Source: Cyanophora paradoxa CCMP329
Taxonomy: Eukaryota; Plantae; Glaucophyta
Assembly: GCA_004431415.1 (NCBI GenBank)
Contig: QPMI01000420.1
Location: 248,001 to 312,000 of the forward strand
Direction: 5' to 3'
Length of the DNA: 64,000 bases
Within the stretch, counting starts at the first letter, position 1. Each line of letters opens with the position of its first letter. Shown here one piece after another: positions 24,101 through 34,572 of the stretch. The notes under the pieces were generated by a model. It was given only the letters and a program-made list of their open reading frames with translations, was not told the origin of the DNA and made no database searches. The translations under genes and the position numbers were made by a program.

Positions 24101-26090
24101 CCCGTCCTCCCCCTCCGCCGGCGCCGCGCCCTCCCCCGGGGGGTACAGCGGCTGCCCGTACACGAAGAGCTCCTTCCACTCCCGCCAGACCTTGGGGGGT
24201 ACCAGCTGCGCGTCCGCCAGCTCCCGGTACTCGCACGTCTTCGTCGCGAGGTCCACGACCTGGGGGGAGGGACCCCGGTTCGGATCCGCGCGGGGCCCCG
24301 TAGGAGCCGGGCGGGCGGGCGGGCGCGGGCGGACCTGCCAGGCGATGCCCTCGCAGAGGCCGTAGTGCTTGGCGGAGCGGGCGGCCTGGCGGGCGGCCTC
24401 CTGCTGCTCGAAGAGCGCGCGGACGGCGGCGGCGTCGCGCGCGTACTCCTCCCGCTGCTTCCTCCCGAGCTCGGCGTCGCGCTCGAGGAACTCCTCCCAG
24501 TCGCGCTGCCGCCGCTCCTCGTACTGCCGCTCCCGCAGCAGCCGGTTCTCCCGCATCACGTCCTTCTCGTAGCGAGCCTGCCAGAGCCGCGAGGCCAGCG
24601 TCTGCTCCTCGTGGCTCTGCTTCAGCAGCTTCTCCACGAGCAGCTCCGCCCGCCGCTTCTCCTCGACCTCCTGCTGCGTCTGCAGCTGCTCCACCATCAC
24701 CTTGCGCCGCCGCCGCTCCCGCTCCTTCCGCGCCTCGACCTCCTCTTTCCTCCGCTCCTTGATCCGCGACATGTGCTCGTGCGCCGACGCCTCCAGCGCC
24801 CGCTGGTCCGGCAGCAGCTGCTTCAGCGCCGAGAGGTGGTCCTGCCGCGCCGCGTCGGTCCAGCGCCCCCCCCCCGGGCGGGCGGGCGGGGCGGGGCTGC
24901 AAAAGAGGCGCACGATCGGGTTCTCGGCGGCGACGAGCGCCTCGTCGCGGCTCGCCGGCCGCGCGCCCTCGCTCTCCAGGCGCTTCAGCGTCCGCTCGAA
25001 CTCCAGCACGCCCTCCTCCGCGTCCGCCTGCGCCGCCTCGCCAGCGTACTGGCCCCGCCGCGTCAGCCCCGTCCCCCGCGCGGCGGAAAGGAGGAGAAGA
25101 AAGCGGGGGGCGGGCGGGCGGCCGCACCAGCTTCCGCCGCCGGTCGCGCTCCTTCATCGCTAGCTCGAGGCGCAGGGCGGTGCGCTCCTGCTCGTGCTTG
25201 CGCGCCATGTTCTTCGCGTGGTCCTGCCACCCGCTCTCCTCCCACGCCTTCTTCCACTCCTTGCCCTCGCGCGTCTTCTCGAGCGTCCTGAGGCGCTCCT
25301 CCGTGATGTGCTGCACCCGCCGGTCCGACTCGTCCCGGTCGAGGGCGGCCGCACGACGCTGCAGGCGCGCGTCGGCCGCCGCGCGGGGCGCGCCCGCGCC
25401 CCGCCCCGCCCCGCCCCCGACGGACCTGGTGCTCAAGCATCTCCTCGGTAAACCGCCGCAGGTGCATCGCTAGCTTCAGGTCGTTCACGTTCGTCATCGT
25501 GCCCCGCATGCGCGCGTCGAAGAGCTTGTGCTCCATCGTCTCGTAGGTCTCCTTCGGCCGGGTGGTCTTCAGGGCGGGCAGCGTCAGGGTCCCTACGCGC
25601 GGGGCGGAGTGAGCGGAGCGCGCAGGCGGCTCGGCACCGCATGCAGGGGCACCCGTGCGCTTGCTCTGCGCGACAGTGAAGCCGCCTGGCACCCGGGTCG
25701 TCCGCTGTATGTTCTCCAGCGAGTGCCTCATCTGCACCACGAGAGAGGCGGCTGCGCCTCGCTGCTCTGTCATCACTGCATTCGCAACCTTGCTATCAAA
25801 CTGCGGGGGCGCGGCGGGCGCGGGCGCGGTTCAGCGGGCGATAGCTATATGCAGCGCGAGACGCGGACCTTGATGCCCAGCCTCCGCATCGATGGCTCGA
25901 GGCGAGAGAAGTTGTTGAGAACCGCCTCCGGCACATTCTTATCAATAAAGCTAGCGAAATCCGCCTGCTGGTTGAAGCGTGCGAGCAGCTCGCCCAGCAG
26001 GAACCCGTTGGCAAGGTCCCGCTCAAAAGATGTGATCTGCACCGATAGGCCTACGTCCTCGTTCAGCCACTTTGTCAGTAGCTCCGCCAT
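19523..26090 (-). CDS. SPEF2: Sperm flagellar protein 2 / CPC1-like central-pair protein
   Basis: N-terminal CH-like domain MAELLTKWLNEDVGLSVQITSFERDLANGFLLGELLARFNQQADF...NNFSRLEPSMRRLGIK; long coiled coil; adenylate-kinase-like region (LLGRPFSGKSSVAAKM, GWLLDGFPRTALQA, GRRRDPLTGAEYHLEFDPPP); C-terminal EF-hand-like region (GLVDWRELVV, VDYRQLLLYLC). Exact last exon uncertain. Confidence 0.92.
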
Positions 26091-26496
26091 GGCGGCGAAA
26101 CCGCGCTGGAAAAAAGTCCTTTCTTAGGCGAAGGGGCTACCGGGTTTTGTCGTTCTTGGGGGGGAGGGGGGGAAGAAGCAAGTTGCGCGGCAGGCCCGCG
26201 TCAGCGACCGGTACCAGCTATAGCTATAGCGCTAGCGCTAGCTATATATATAGCGCTATATCTACAGCTAAAGCGCTTAGTGGCGAGCCTGCCGGGGCTA
26301 GCTGGTGCAGGGCCCCGGGGCTCGAGCTCTAGATCTAGATCTGATCCGGCCTACAGCGCTAGCGGCCGCGCGCGGGCCGGGATCGATATCGCCCACTTCC
26401 GAGGATGTCTCAAGCGAACTTCGGAAGCTGGCGCGGCAGGCTCGCGTGCAAATGCGAGTAAAAGGCACACTTCGAGATTCCACCAAGCCTCGAACA

Positions 26497-28773
26497 TCAA
26501 ACAGCGCCTGCATATCTCCCTGAGCTGCGCGCCGCGATCGAGTATACCTTGGCTCCGGATCCGCTGCTTCTGCTTCCCCTGACGCGAAGGGCCGCGGGTT
26601 CGGCTGTTGTGCGCTGTTGTGCGGCCGCCTGCGGCGTGCTACCCGCCGGCGGCAAGCCGGGGTGCTGTTACGTGCACCGTCGGCTGCTGCTGTTGCTGGC
26701 GAGGCCGGAATGTCGGGTTCTCTCGGCGCAGGCCTCGCCCTCGCCGCCGGCTTATGAAGCAGGACCACAATTCCACATGCTGGTCGCTGCTGGCCGCTCA
26801 CTCTCCCGACGTCGCCGTCTGTAAAGGAGCGCTCAGAGACCCGAGCGCGGCCAAAACGGCGAGCAGGCGGGCTCACCGCGGGCCGGCTCATGATCTTGAT
26901 CGGCGCCGCGGGCTGCTGGACGTTGTCCTTGGGCGCCCACTGGCCGCCGCCGTGCCCGCCGTGGCCGCCGCGGCCGCCGCGGCCGCCGCGCCAGCCTCCC
27001 CGGCGCCCTCCTCCGCCCGCGCCCTCCTCCCGGGCCGTAGGCAGGGCGGCGATGGGTACAGCCGTCTCAATGACGACGCCGCCGCCGCCGGCCGGCGGGG
27101 CCTGCGGGGCGGATGAAGCAGCGGGAGCCGGGGCGTGACCGCCCTTCTCCCGCCAGTTGCCGCCGCGTCCGCCGCGGCCGCCCTCGCCCGGCGTGCCGGG
27201 GGCGGGCGCCGTCTGCGAGAGGGAAACGAGCGGGGCTTGCGCCTGGTTGTTCCTGTTGCCGCCGCGGCCGCCCCGCCCCCGCGGCCGCCGCGCCCGCCCT
27301 CGCCAGGGCCGCCTGCGGCTGCCCCTCGCCCCCGGCCGACGTCGCCGACACTTCCCGCGTCGTCGTCAGGACGGCGCCGCGGCTGACGGTGCTCACTGCC
27401 GCGCCCTGGGCTGCCGCCGGCTGCTGCGGGGCCGCGGACTGCGGACGCTGATCCCGCCCGCCCCCGCCCCCGCCCCGACCGCCGCCCTGCGGGGCCGAGG
27501 ACGGCCGCCCGCCTCCCCGACCCGGCCCGCCGCCGGAATCCCGCTTCTGTCCGGGGAATGAGACATGCAAGAGAACGGATTGTGTGGGGGCGGTCACCGC
27601 TGGGGTAGCGGGCTTCGGTGGCTGCGGGGCGAGGTGCGGGGAAGGTAGGGGCCGCCCGTACGGATCTGCGCGGGGTACACGTTCAGGGCGCCGCCTGCGC
27701 GGGCGGCCGGGCGTCGCGTACCCAGGTGGACCTCGCCCTTGCCCGCGCCGGAGGCGGCGGCGGCGGAAGCGGCCTGGGCGGGGGGCGGGCCCTCTCGCTT
27801 CATGATGCGCTTGGGCCCCCGGGCGTCCTCCCGGGCCCTTGCGTTCGCCTGCGCGCCCCGGCGCGCGTGAGCGAGGCCCGAGCGAGCGAAAGCGCCACCC
27901 CGGCACCTTCGCCTCGGCCTTCTGGCGGCGCTTCTCGCGCAGGGCCTCCAGCAGCGGCGTGGTCTTGGTCGGAAGGCTGCCCCCGTGCGCAGCTGCCGGG
28001 AGGTCATGAGCCGAAAGGCGGAGGCTGGCGGTCGCAAAAGCGCGCGCGCGAACCCGCAGCGGCCTTCTCCTCCGCCTCGCGCCGGTCCATCTGGACTTCG
28101 GCGCTCGGGAGCAGGTCCGGAACCTTCTTCAAAAGCTCGCAGAAAGCGAGGAAGTCGGCGTCTGGGGGAGCGGGGTCACAGAATGATCGACATGCACAGG
28201 AGGGACGTGGCGAACCCTTCTCGATCGTGTTCTGCCGAGCGTCGGGGCGGCGAGACTTGGGCACGCGCTGGTAGACCGCGAACTCGACCTCCGCCTTGAA
28301 CTCCGTGCCTGCGCCGCCGTGTTGGCAAGAAAGCTTGTGCACCTGATGTCCGATGCATGCAGCAGCGGCTCCGGGAGCGGCGGCGCGGGCGCACCCTTGG
28401 AGTCGATGAAAGCGTGCCCATTGAACTGCCGGAGGAACTCCTGGGCCAGATCGGCCGTCTTGAAGTTCATGAAGGCACGCGAGTACACGCTCTTCTTCGT
28501 GCTGCAGGGCGAGCGCCTTCATCAGCGGTCGAAACGCAGACCGGGCAGGACGGACCCAATCTTCCCCATCTGGTAGCTGATCCAGTCGTACTGCCCGGCA
28601 TACTTCTCGATTGTCGACTTGAAGCCCTCCTCGTTGAGGGCGTAAGGGAGTTTTCTCACCACAACCTGCACGCCGGTCACAGAGCACTGCGAATCCCACG
28701 GGAAACAAATGCGCGCCTTTCTGGGCAGCGCCCGCTCTCGCGTGCCAGCGCCCCGGCCTCCGCCCGGCGGCAT
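26497..28773 (-). CDS. UPF3: Nonsense-mediated decay factor UPF3 (Smg-4 family)
   Basis: RK|VVVRKLPYALNEEGF...YDWISYQMGK...VYSRAFMNFKTADLAQEFLRQFNGHAFIDSKG|TEFKAEVEFAVYQRVPK...DARQNTIEK.ADFLAFCELL is the UPF3 RRM-like domain. Low-complexity C-terminus; 3' end approximate. Confidence 0.92.
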
Positions 28774-28859
28774 CTCGCACTTGCGCTGTACCCGCCTGAC
28801 GGCTTGCCAGGCTTGCTGCGGCTTGCCAGGCTTGCCTGGCTTGCCTCTAGCTGTGCCTC
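28774..28859. promoter_or_regulatory. Putative compact bidirectional promoter between UPF3 and SCNM1 with five GGCTTGC motifs
   Basis: 86 bp between divergent ATGs; ggcttgccaggcttgctgcggcttgccaggcttgcctggcttgcc at 28801-28845. Confidence 0.5.
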
Positions 28860-29851
28860 ATGGGCGGCAACGTTCTAGGCGACAGCCGAGACCCAAGCGT
28901 GGACAGAGCGTTCAGGAAGCGTCGGGTGCGCGTCGCCGGTCTCGCAGCCTGGCTGCAGCTGCCTGGTTCCTAAGCGCGCCCTCCGCTTTCTGCCTCGCAG
29001 GTGAACGAGCTTTTTGGTGAGAACGTGCGGCGCGATGAGGGAAAACAGGTGCGTGCGCGCTGGCGTACGCGCCTCGCGCTCCGCCGACGTCGGCCTGGCC
29101 GCAGCTCTCGAACGGCAAGTGGGCCTGCCTCGGTAGCGCTTGAGTTCTTTCAGATCGCTCACGTCGCGCCTCTCATGCCCGCCGGCCGCAGTCTGCCGCT
29201 CTACACCAGTGCTGGACACTTTTGACGCGCTCGTCCTCCACCGGACGGGCAAGCGGCACAAGGAGGAGGCCCAGGCGAGGCGTCAGGCTCGCGCCAGCGG
29301 CTCCAGCTGCAGCAGGCACGGCGGCAACGCGGACAGCGCTAGCTGCAGCTCAGAGAAGACATCCTCAGGGCCTGCTCCTCAGCAGGAGCATACGCGGACG
29401 AATCCACTGCCTCCTTTAAGACGCAAAGATTCTGCACAGGTAAACACGTCGGCCCCCCATTCTCCGTGCGTTTCCAGCCCTGTGGCTAACTATCAACAGC
29501 GGGCGGGGCCTGCGAAGCGGGCGAGAGGCGACGCCGGCCTAAGCGGCTCCTCATCGGCGCTCCCTGCATCCGCGCGCCTGCCTCCGTCCGCTCCGTCCTG
29601 GGCCCCACGCACCGCCGAGGACCACCAGCTCGCGCTCCGGCTCGCGGACTTCGGCTGGCGCCGGTGCGCATGCGCTCGTCTTCGAATTCCAGACTCGCTC
29701 GCCGTCGGAACCTCCGCCTAACGTACGGGCGCCGCGCCCGCGCAGGGACCCGCGCACGGGGCAGTGGTCCAGAGACGAGACGGTCGAGTTTGACAGCGAC
29801 GAGGAGATGCCCTACCCGCCGGGGTGCGCCTTGCCCCACAGCGAGAATTAA
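28860..29851 (+). CDS. SCNM1: Sodium channel modifier 1 (C2H2 zinc-finger splicing factor, minor-spliceosome component)
   Basis: MGGNVLGDSRDPSVDRAFRKRR|VNELFGENVRRDEGKQ|LSNGKWACL|VCRSTPVLDTFDALVLHRTGKRH matches the SCNM1 zinc finger (KRRV..L......DE......G.F.C..C...PVLDT...L..HR.GK.H). C-terminal LRLADFGWRR|DPRTGQWSRDETVEFDSDEE matches the SCNM1 acidic tail (GW....G.W.KDE.VEFDSDEE). Confidence 0.88.
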
Positions 29852-31214
29852 CTCGGGTGTATCTTAAGTAAAACCCGAGATACCATTTCAGTGAAACGGA
29901 CACGCAATGATGAGTCCGAAATACCATTTAAGCTCATCTCGGCAGGCATCTAAGCTTATTTAAGCTTATCTCGCAGGCCTGTGACCGGAGCACCCGTCCA
30001 CCCGCGCCGCGCGCCCACCAGCGAGCAGCCAATCTCGATTGCACTCACTCTCTAGCTAGCTAGCTATCAGATGCCTGAATGGTCTCGCTAGCTAGCTAGC
30101 TACACCTACATCGCGCCTCGTTGACCACCTCTTAGCTACTCGCAGCGCCATCCGCGCAGCGCCATCGCCCACTTGTCCCAGCCGCCGGCGCCGCTCCATG
30201 TGCTCCACCACATCCGCGGCGCCTCGTTGCGCGTGCCGCGGTGCCGCCAGGCGCCTGCACGCGCGAAGTCACGGCAAGGCGTGGCACCTAAGCTCAGCGC
30301 GGGACGGGAAGCTATAGGATGGACCGGCCTGGCGCGCTTGCTAGCAAGCATTGCTAGCTAACGTGGCGCAGCCTGGGGCGCGCGCGTACCTGGTGCCAGA
30401 GGGCCCGGCCCGCGGAACGCGGAACGCAGGCCTAGGGAGACCACCGAGGGCTCCTGCACGGAGTAGTCAGATCACTTAGCAAATCCGATGGCAGGACGGT
30501 GTCTTGGGCACTTGTTCGAACCTGCCATCGCGTCTCGGTCCAGAGCGTCGGAATTCGCGTCTCGGTGCTCGGAAGGGTTGCTGTCCGCCCTCAAGAGCTA
30601 GTTAGCCAGCGTGGCACCAAGTGGACGGCGGGAGACCGACCGCAGCGGGTGTCCGTTGAAGCCGATGAACGGAAGCCGATGAACAAGGACCTGCGCGTGA
30701 AGAGGACAGGAATGCGCTAGGAGTCGCGGTTCAATGCTGTTGCTCGGGCGGCGGCCAGCGAGGCCTGCGGGACGAAGACGTTGACGAAGGCTTTTTGGAT
30801 GTGTACCCTGTCCAATCGCGTACTGGTACCCCGGTCCCGCAGCTGCATTGCTGCTGCAACCATGTGCAATGGTCCCGCAGCTGCATCCCATCGTGCAGCT
30901 GAGCGCGTGCAAGCATACGTGTGCGAGGATGCCAAGGATGCCAAGAACTGGCGCGGCGCGATGTGGCGACAGGCAACCGATACACAGCCCGAGCCGCTAA
31001 CGAGCGAAAAGCTTCGTGCGTGCCACTTCTAATACATTCTCTCCTATGAGTCCCCAGGGCTGAGTACTCCGTGGCGCAGGGCGACTCGGCGACGCAGCGC
31101 AGATGCTGACGCAGCGCGATCCATGCGGGGACCCGCCCTTCCGGCAAGCGATATGAACAGTTCGTACCACGTTCAGGAGTTTTCTCATAGACAAGTCATG
31201 GGGCGGCCGCATAG

Positions 31215-32156
31215 GGCCGAGGCGCGGCCAGGCGGAGCGGAGGCGCGGCGGGCGGCGGCGAGGCTCACTGCACGCCGCGTAGGCGCGGCGGGCAGCGGCG
31301 CGGCTCTCTGGGCGGGGCGGAGGCGCGGCGCGCGGCGGGGCATCTCGCCGGGCGGCGCGGGAGGCGCGGCGGGCGGCGACGAGGCTCGCCGCACGCGGCG
31401 GAGGCGCGGCGGGCGGCAGCGAGGCTCTCCGGGCGGGGCGGAGGCGCGGCGGGCGGCGACGAGGCTCACCGCACGCGGCGGAGGCGCGACGGGCGGCGGC
31501 GAGGCTCTCTGGGCGGGGCGGAGGCGCGGCGCGCGGCGGGCATCTCGCCGGGCGGCGCGGGAGGCGCGGCGGGCGGCGGCGAGGCTCTCCGGCGGGGCGG
31601 AGGCGCGGCGGGCGGCGGGGCATCTCGCCGGGCGGCGCGGGAGGCGGCGCGGGCAGCGGCGCGGCTCTCCGGGCGGGGCGGAGGCGCGGCGCGCGGCGGG
31701 CATCTCGCCGGGCGGTGCGGGAGGCGCGGCGGGCGGCGACGAGGCTCGCTGCACGCGCGGGAGGCGCGGGCGGGCAGCGGCGCGGCTCTCCGGGTGGGCA
31801 GAGGCGCGGCGGGCGGCGGGGCATCTCGCCGGGCGGCGCGGGAGGCGCGGCGGGCAGCGGCGCGGCTCTCCGGGCGGGCGGAGGCGCGGCGGGCGGCGAC
31901 GAGGCTCGCCGCACGCGGCGGAGGCGCGACGGGCGGCGGCGAGGCTCTCTGGGCGGGGCGGAGGCGCGGCGCGCGGCGGGGCATCTCGCCGGGCGGCGCG
32001 GGAGGCGCGGCGGGCGGCGGCGAGGCTCTCCGGGCGGGGCGGAGGCGCGGCGGGCGGCGGGCATCTCGCCGGGCGGCGCGGGAGGCGGCGCGGGCAGCGG
32101 CGCGGCTCTCCGGGCGGGGCGGAGGCGCGGCGCGCGGCGGGGCATCTCGCCGGGGC
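31215..32156. repeat. GC-rich minisatellite, ~40-bp monomer, ~23 copies in three interspersed variants
   Basis: Core GGAGGCGCGGCGGGCGGC followed by GGCGAGGCTCTCCGGGCGGGGC, GACGAGGCTCGCCGCACGCGGC or GGGCATCTCGCCGGGCGGCGCG. Confidence 0.9.
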
Positions 32157-32595
32157 ATATAGCTAGCTCTAGGCGGCACTTGGCCGTAATAATTTCCGAA
32201 ATCTCGTTCCAACAAGCGATGCCCTGTTAATGAGTGATATATGAGGCTTGTTTAAGCCTTTATATGATGCAACACACATGCTGTTGTTGACTGGGAATGG
32301 AGCCACTCACCGAGGTCAGTTTTCATGATCGGATGACAGAGTTGGATGAGGTCATGATCAAGACGCCATGATGTCAGGCTTGAGAGCTCGTCAGACGTTT
32401 TGGCGGGCTCTTACAGGTTAGATTACTTTGCGAGTCCCGACCTTTTTATATATCCTGAAAGTTCTTTTCATTGTCGTTCTTATGATGTACTCTGATGTAA
32501 TAGAGCTCAATTCTATCCAAAGATATTCAGTTCGAAAAGAAACTTCTGTGGATGGCACATGGTGCCCTGGTCTCGCTCTTGCCATCCCACTAGGG

Positions 32596-34193
32596 CCCGG
32601 GCACCCCGGCGCATCTTATAGATTCTGAATCCATGTATACCACATGTTGTTTCTCAGGGCTTGGATGCAGGCGCGGGGCCCGCCCTGGGGAGGCCGGGCG
32701 TGCCACGGTGGTTCCTCGCGATCGGGCCCGGCCCATCATTCTCTGATGACCCCCTCACTCCCTCGAGGCGATTCTTCTGTGTCGCGCCCGGCGTCCCCGG
32801 CTCACCTTATATAAACTGAATCCCAATGTAATCGATGTTGGTTCTCAGGGCTCGGATGCAGGCGCGGGGCCCGCCCTGGGGAGGACGGGCGTGGTTCCGC
32901 GGGCCCATCATTCTCAGGTGCCCCCCTCACTCCCTCGAGGCGATTCTTCTGTGTCGTGCCCGGCGTCCCCGGCTCACCTTATATAAACTGAATCCCAATG
33001 TAATAGATGTTGTGTCTCAGGGCTCGGATGCAGGCGCGGGGCCCGCCCTGGGGAGGACGGGCGTGGTTCCGCGGGCCCATCATTCTCAGGTGCCCCCCTC
33101 ACTCCCTCGAGGCGATTCTTCTGTGTCGCCCCCGGCGTCCCCGGCTCACCTTATATAAACTGAATCCCAATGTAATAGATGTTGTGTCTCAGGGCTCGGA
33201 TGCAGGCGCGGGGCCCGCCCTGGGGAGGACGGGCGTGGTTCCGCGGGCCCATCATTCTCAGGTGCCCCTCTTACTCCCTCGAGGCGATTCTTCTGTGTCG
33301 TGCCCGGCGTCCCCGGCTCACCTTATATAAACTGAATCCCAATGTAATCGATGTTGGTTCTCAGGGCTCGGATGCAGGCGCGGGGCCCGCCCTGGGGAGG
33401 ACGGGCGTGGTTCCGCGGGCCCATCATTCTCAGGTGCCCCTCTCACTCCCTCGAGGCGATTCTTCTGTGTCGCCCCCGGCGTCCCCGGCTCACCTTATAT
33501 AAACTGAATCCCAATGTAATAGATGTTGTGTCTCAGGGCTCGGATGCAGGCGCGGGGCCCGCCCTGGGGAGGACGGGCGTGGTTCCGCGGGCCCATCATT
33601 CTCAGGTGCCCCCCTCACTCCCTCGAGGCGATTCTTCTGTGTCGTGCCCGGCGTCCCCGGCTCACCTTATATAAACTGAATCCCAATGTAATAGATGTTG
33701 TGTCTCAGGGCTCGGATGCAGGCGCGGGGCCCGCCCTGGGGAGGACGGGCGTGGTTCCGCGGGCCCATCATTCTCAGGTGCCCCTCTCACTCCCTCGAGG
33801 CGATTCTTCTGTGTCGCCCCCGGCGTCCCCGGCTCACCTTATATAAACTGAATCCCAATGCAATCGATGTTGTGTCTCAGGGCTCGGATGCAGGCGCGGG
33901 GCCCGCCCTGGGGAGGACGGGCGTGGTTCCGCGGGCCCATCATTCTCAGGTGCCCCCCTCACTCCCTCGAGGCGATTCTTCTGTGTCGTGCCCGGCGTCC
34001 CCGGCTCACCTTATATAAACTGAATCCCAATGTAATCGATGTTGGTTCTCAGGGCTCGGATGCAGGCGCGGGGCCCGCCCTGGGGAGGACGGGCGTGGTT
34101 CCGCGGGCCCATCATTCTCAGGTGCCCCCCTCACTCCCTCGAGGCGATTCTTCTGTGTCGAGCCCGGCGGTGCCGGCCCCGGCTCACCTTATA
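32596..34193. repeat. 172-bp tandem satellite, ~9 copies, first copy degenerate
   Basis: Equivalent positions at 32835, 33007, 33179, 33351, 33523, 33695, 33867, 34039 (period 172). Near-identical units, each with CCTTATATAAACTGAATCCC. Confidence 0.97.
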
Positions 34194-34572
34194 TCAGAGT
34201 AATAGTACCAGCTTCTGGAATGCCCGAATGTATTTACTTTGCCTTCGCGGCCCGCTTTATAGCTAGCTATCTGTAGTGAATTCTGAATTTCGGGGGAAAT
34301 GTCAAAACCGGAAACCGGCGTGGCCCCGAATTCTCGCCGGAGTCTTTCCAAAATTCCGCCAGAATATTCGTGATTCTCGAGATTGTGCGCGAATTCGGGG
34401 GAAAATGTCAAAATCGGCAAACGCTTTGGCCCGGCCCCGAGTTCGAATTCTCTCCCAAAACTTTATCGCCGGCCTCGCTCGTCGCGATTTTTCGCTCTCG
34501 CTCTTCTGTATTTTTTGTATTTCTGTAGTGTGTGTGCTCGAGTGTGATTTTCAAGAAGGACAGGGATGCAAG

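Noticed and set aside
21721-25291. 643-aa and 435-aa plus-strand ORFs
   Set aside because: They are antisense shadows of GC3-rich SPEF2 exons; the same applies to most long ORFs opposite the vWA and receptor genes.
30136-31032. Possible transposase remnant (PRMWWSTW..., weakly like a hAT dimerisation motif)
   Set aside because: Too short and no other transposase motifs; cannot be supported.
32596-34193. 172-bp array as CRISPR, hammerhead-ribozyme satellite or spliced-leader RNA array
   Set aside because: There are no unique spacers or cas genes. CTGATGA occurs only in the degenerate first copy and no matching GAAA core was found. The minus strand has an AT-rich stretch ending AAG|GTGAGC, but no Sm-binding site was seen.
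32835-34266. Series of near-identical 107-aa ORFs
   Set aside because: Artefact of the 172-bp period, which is not a multiple of 3; the ORFs overlap each other and show no domain signal.
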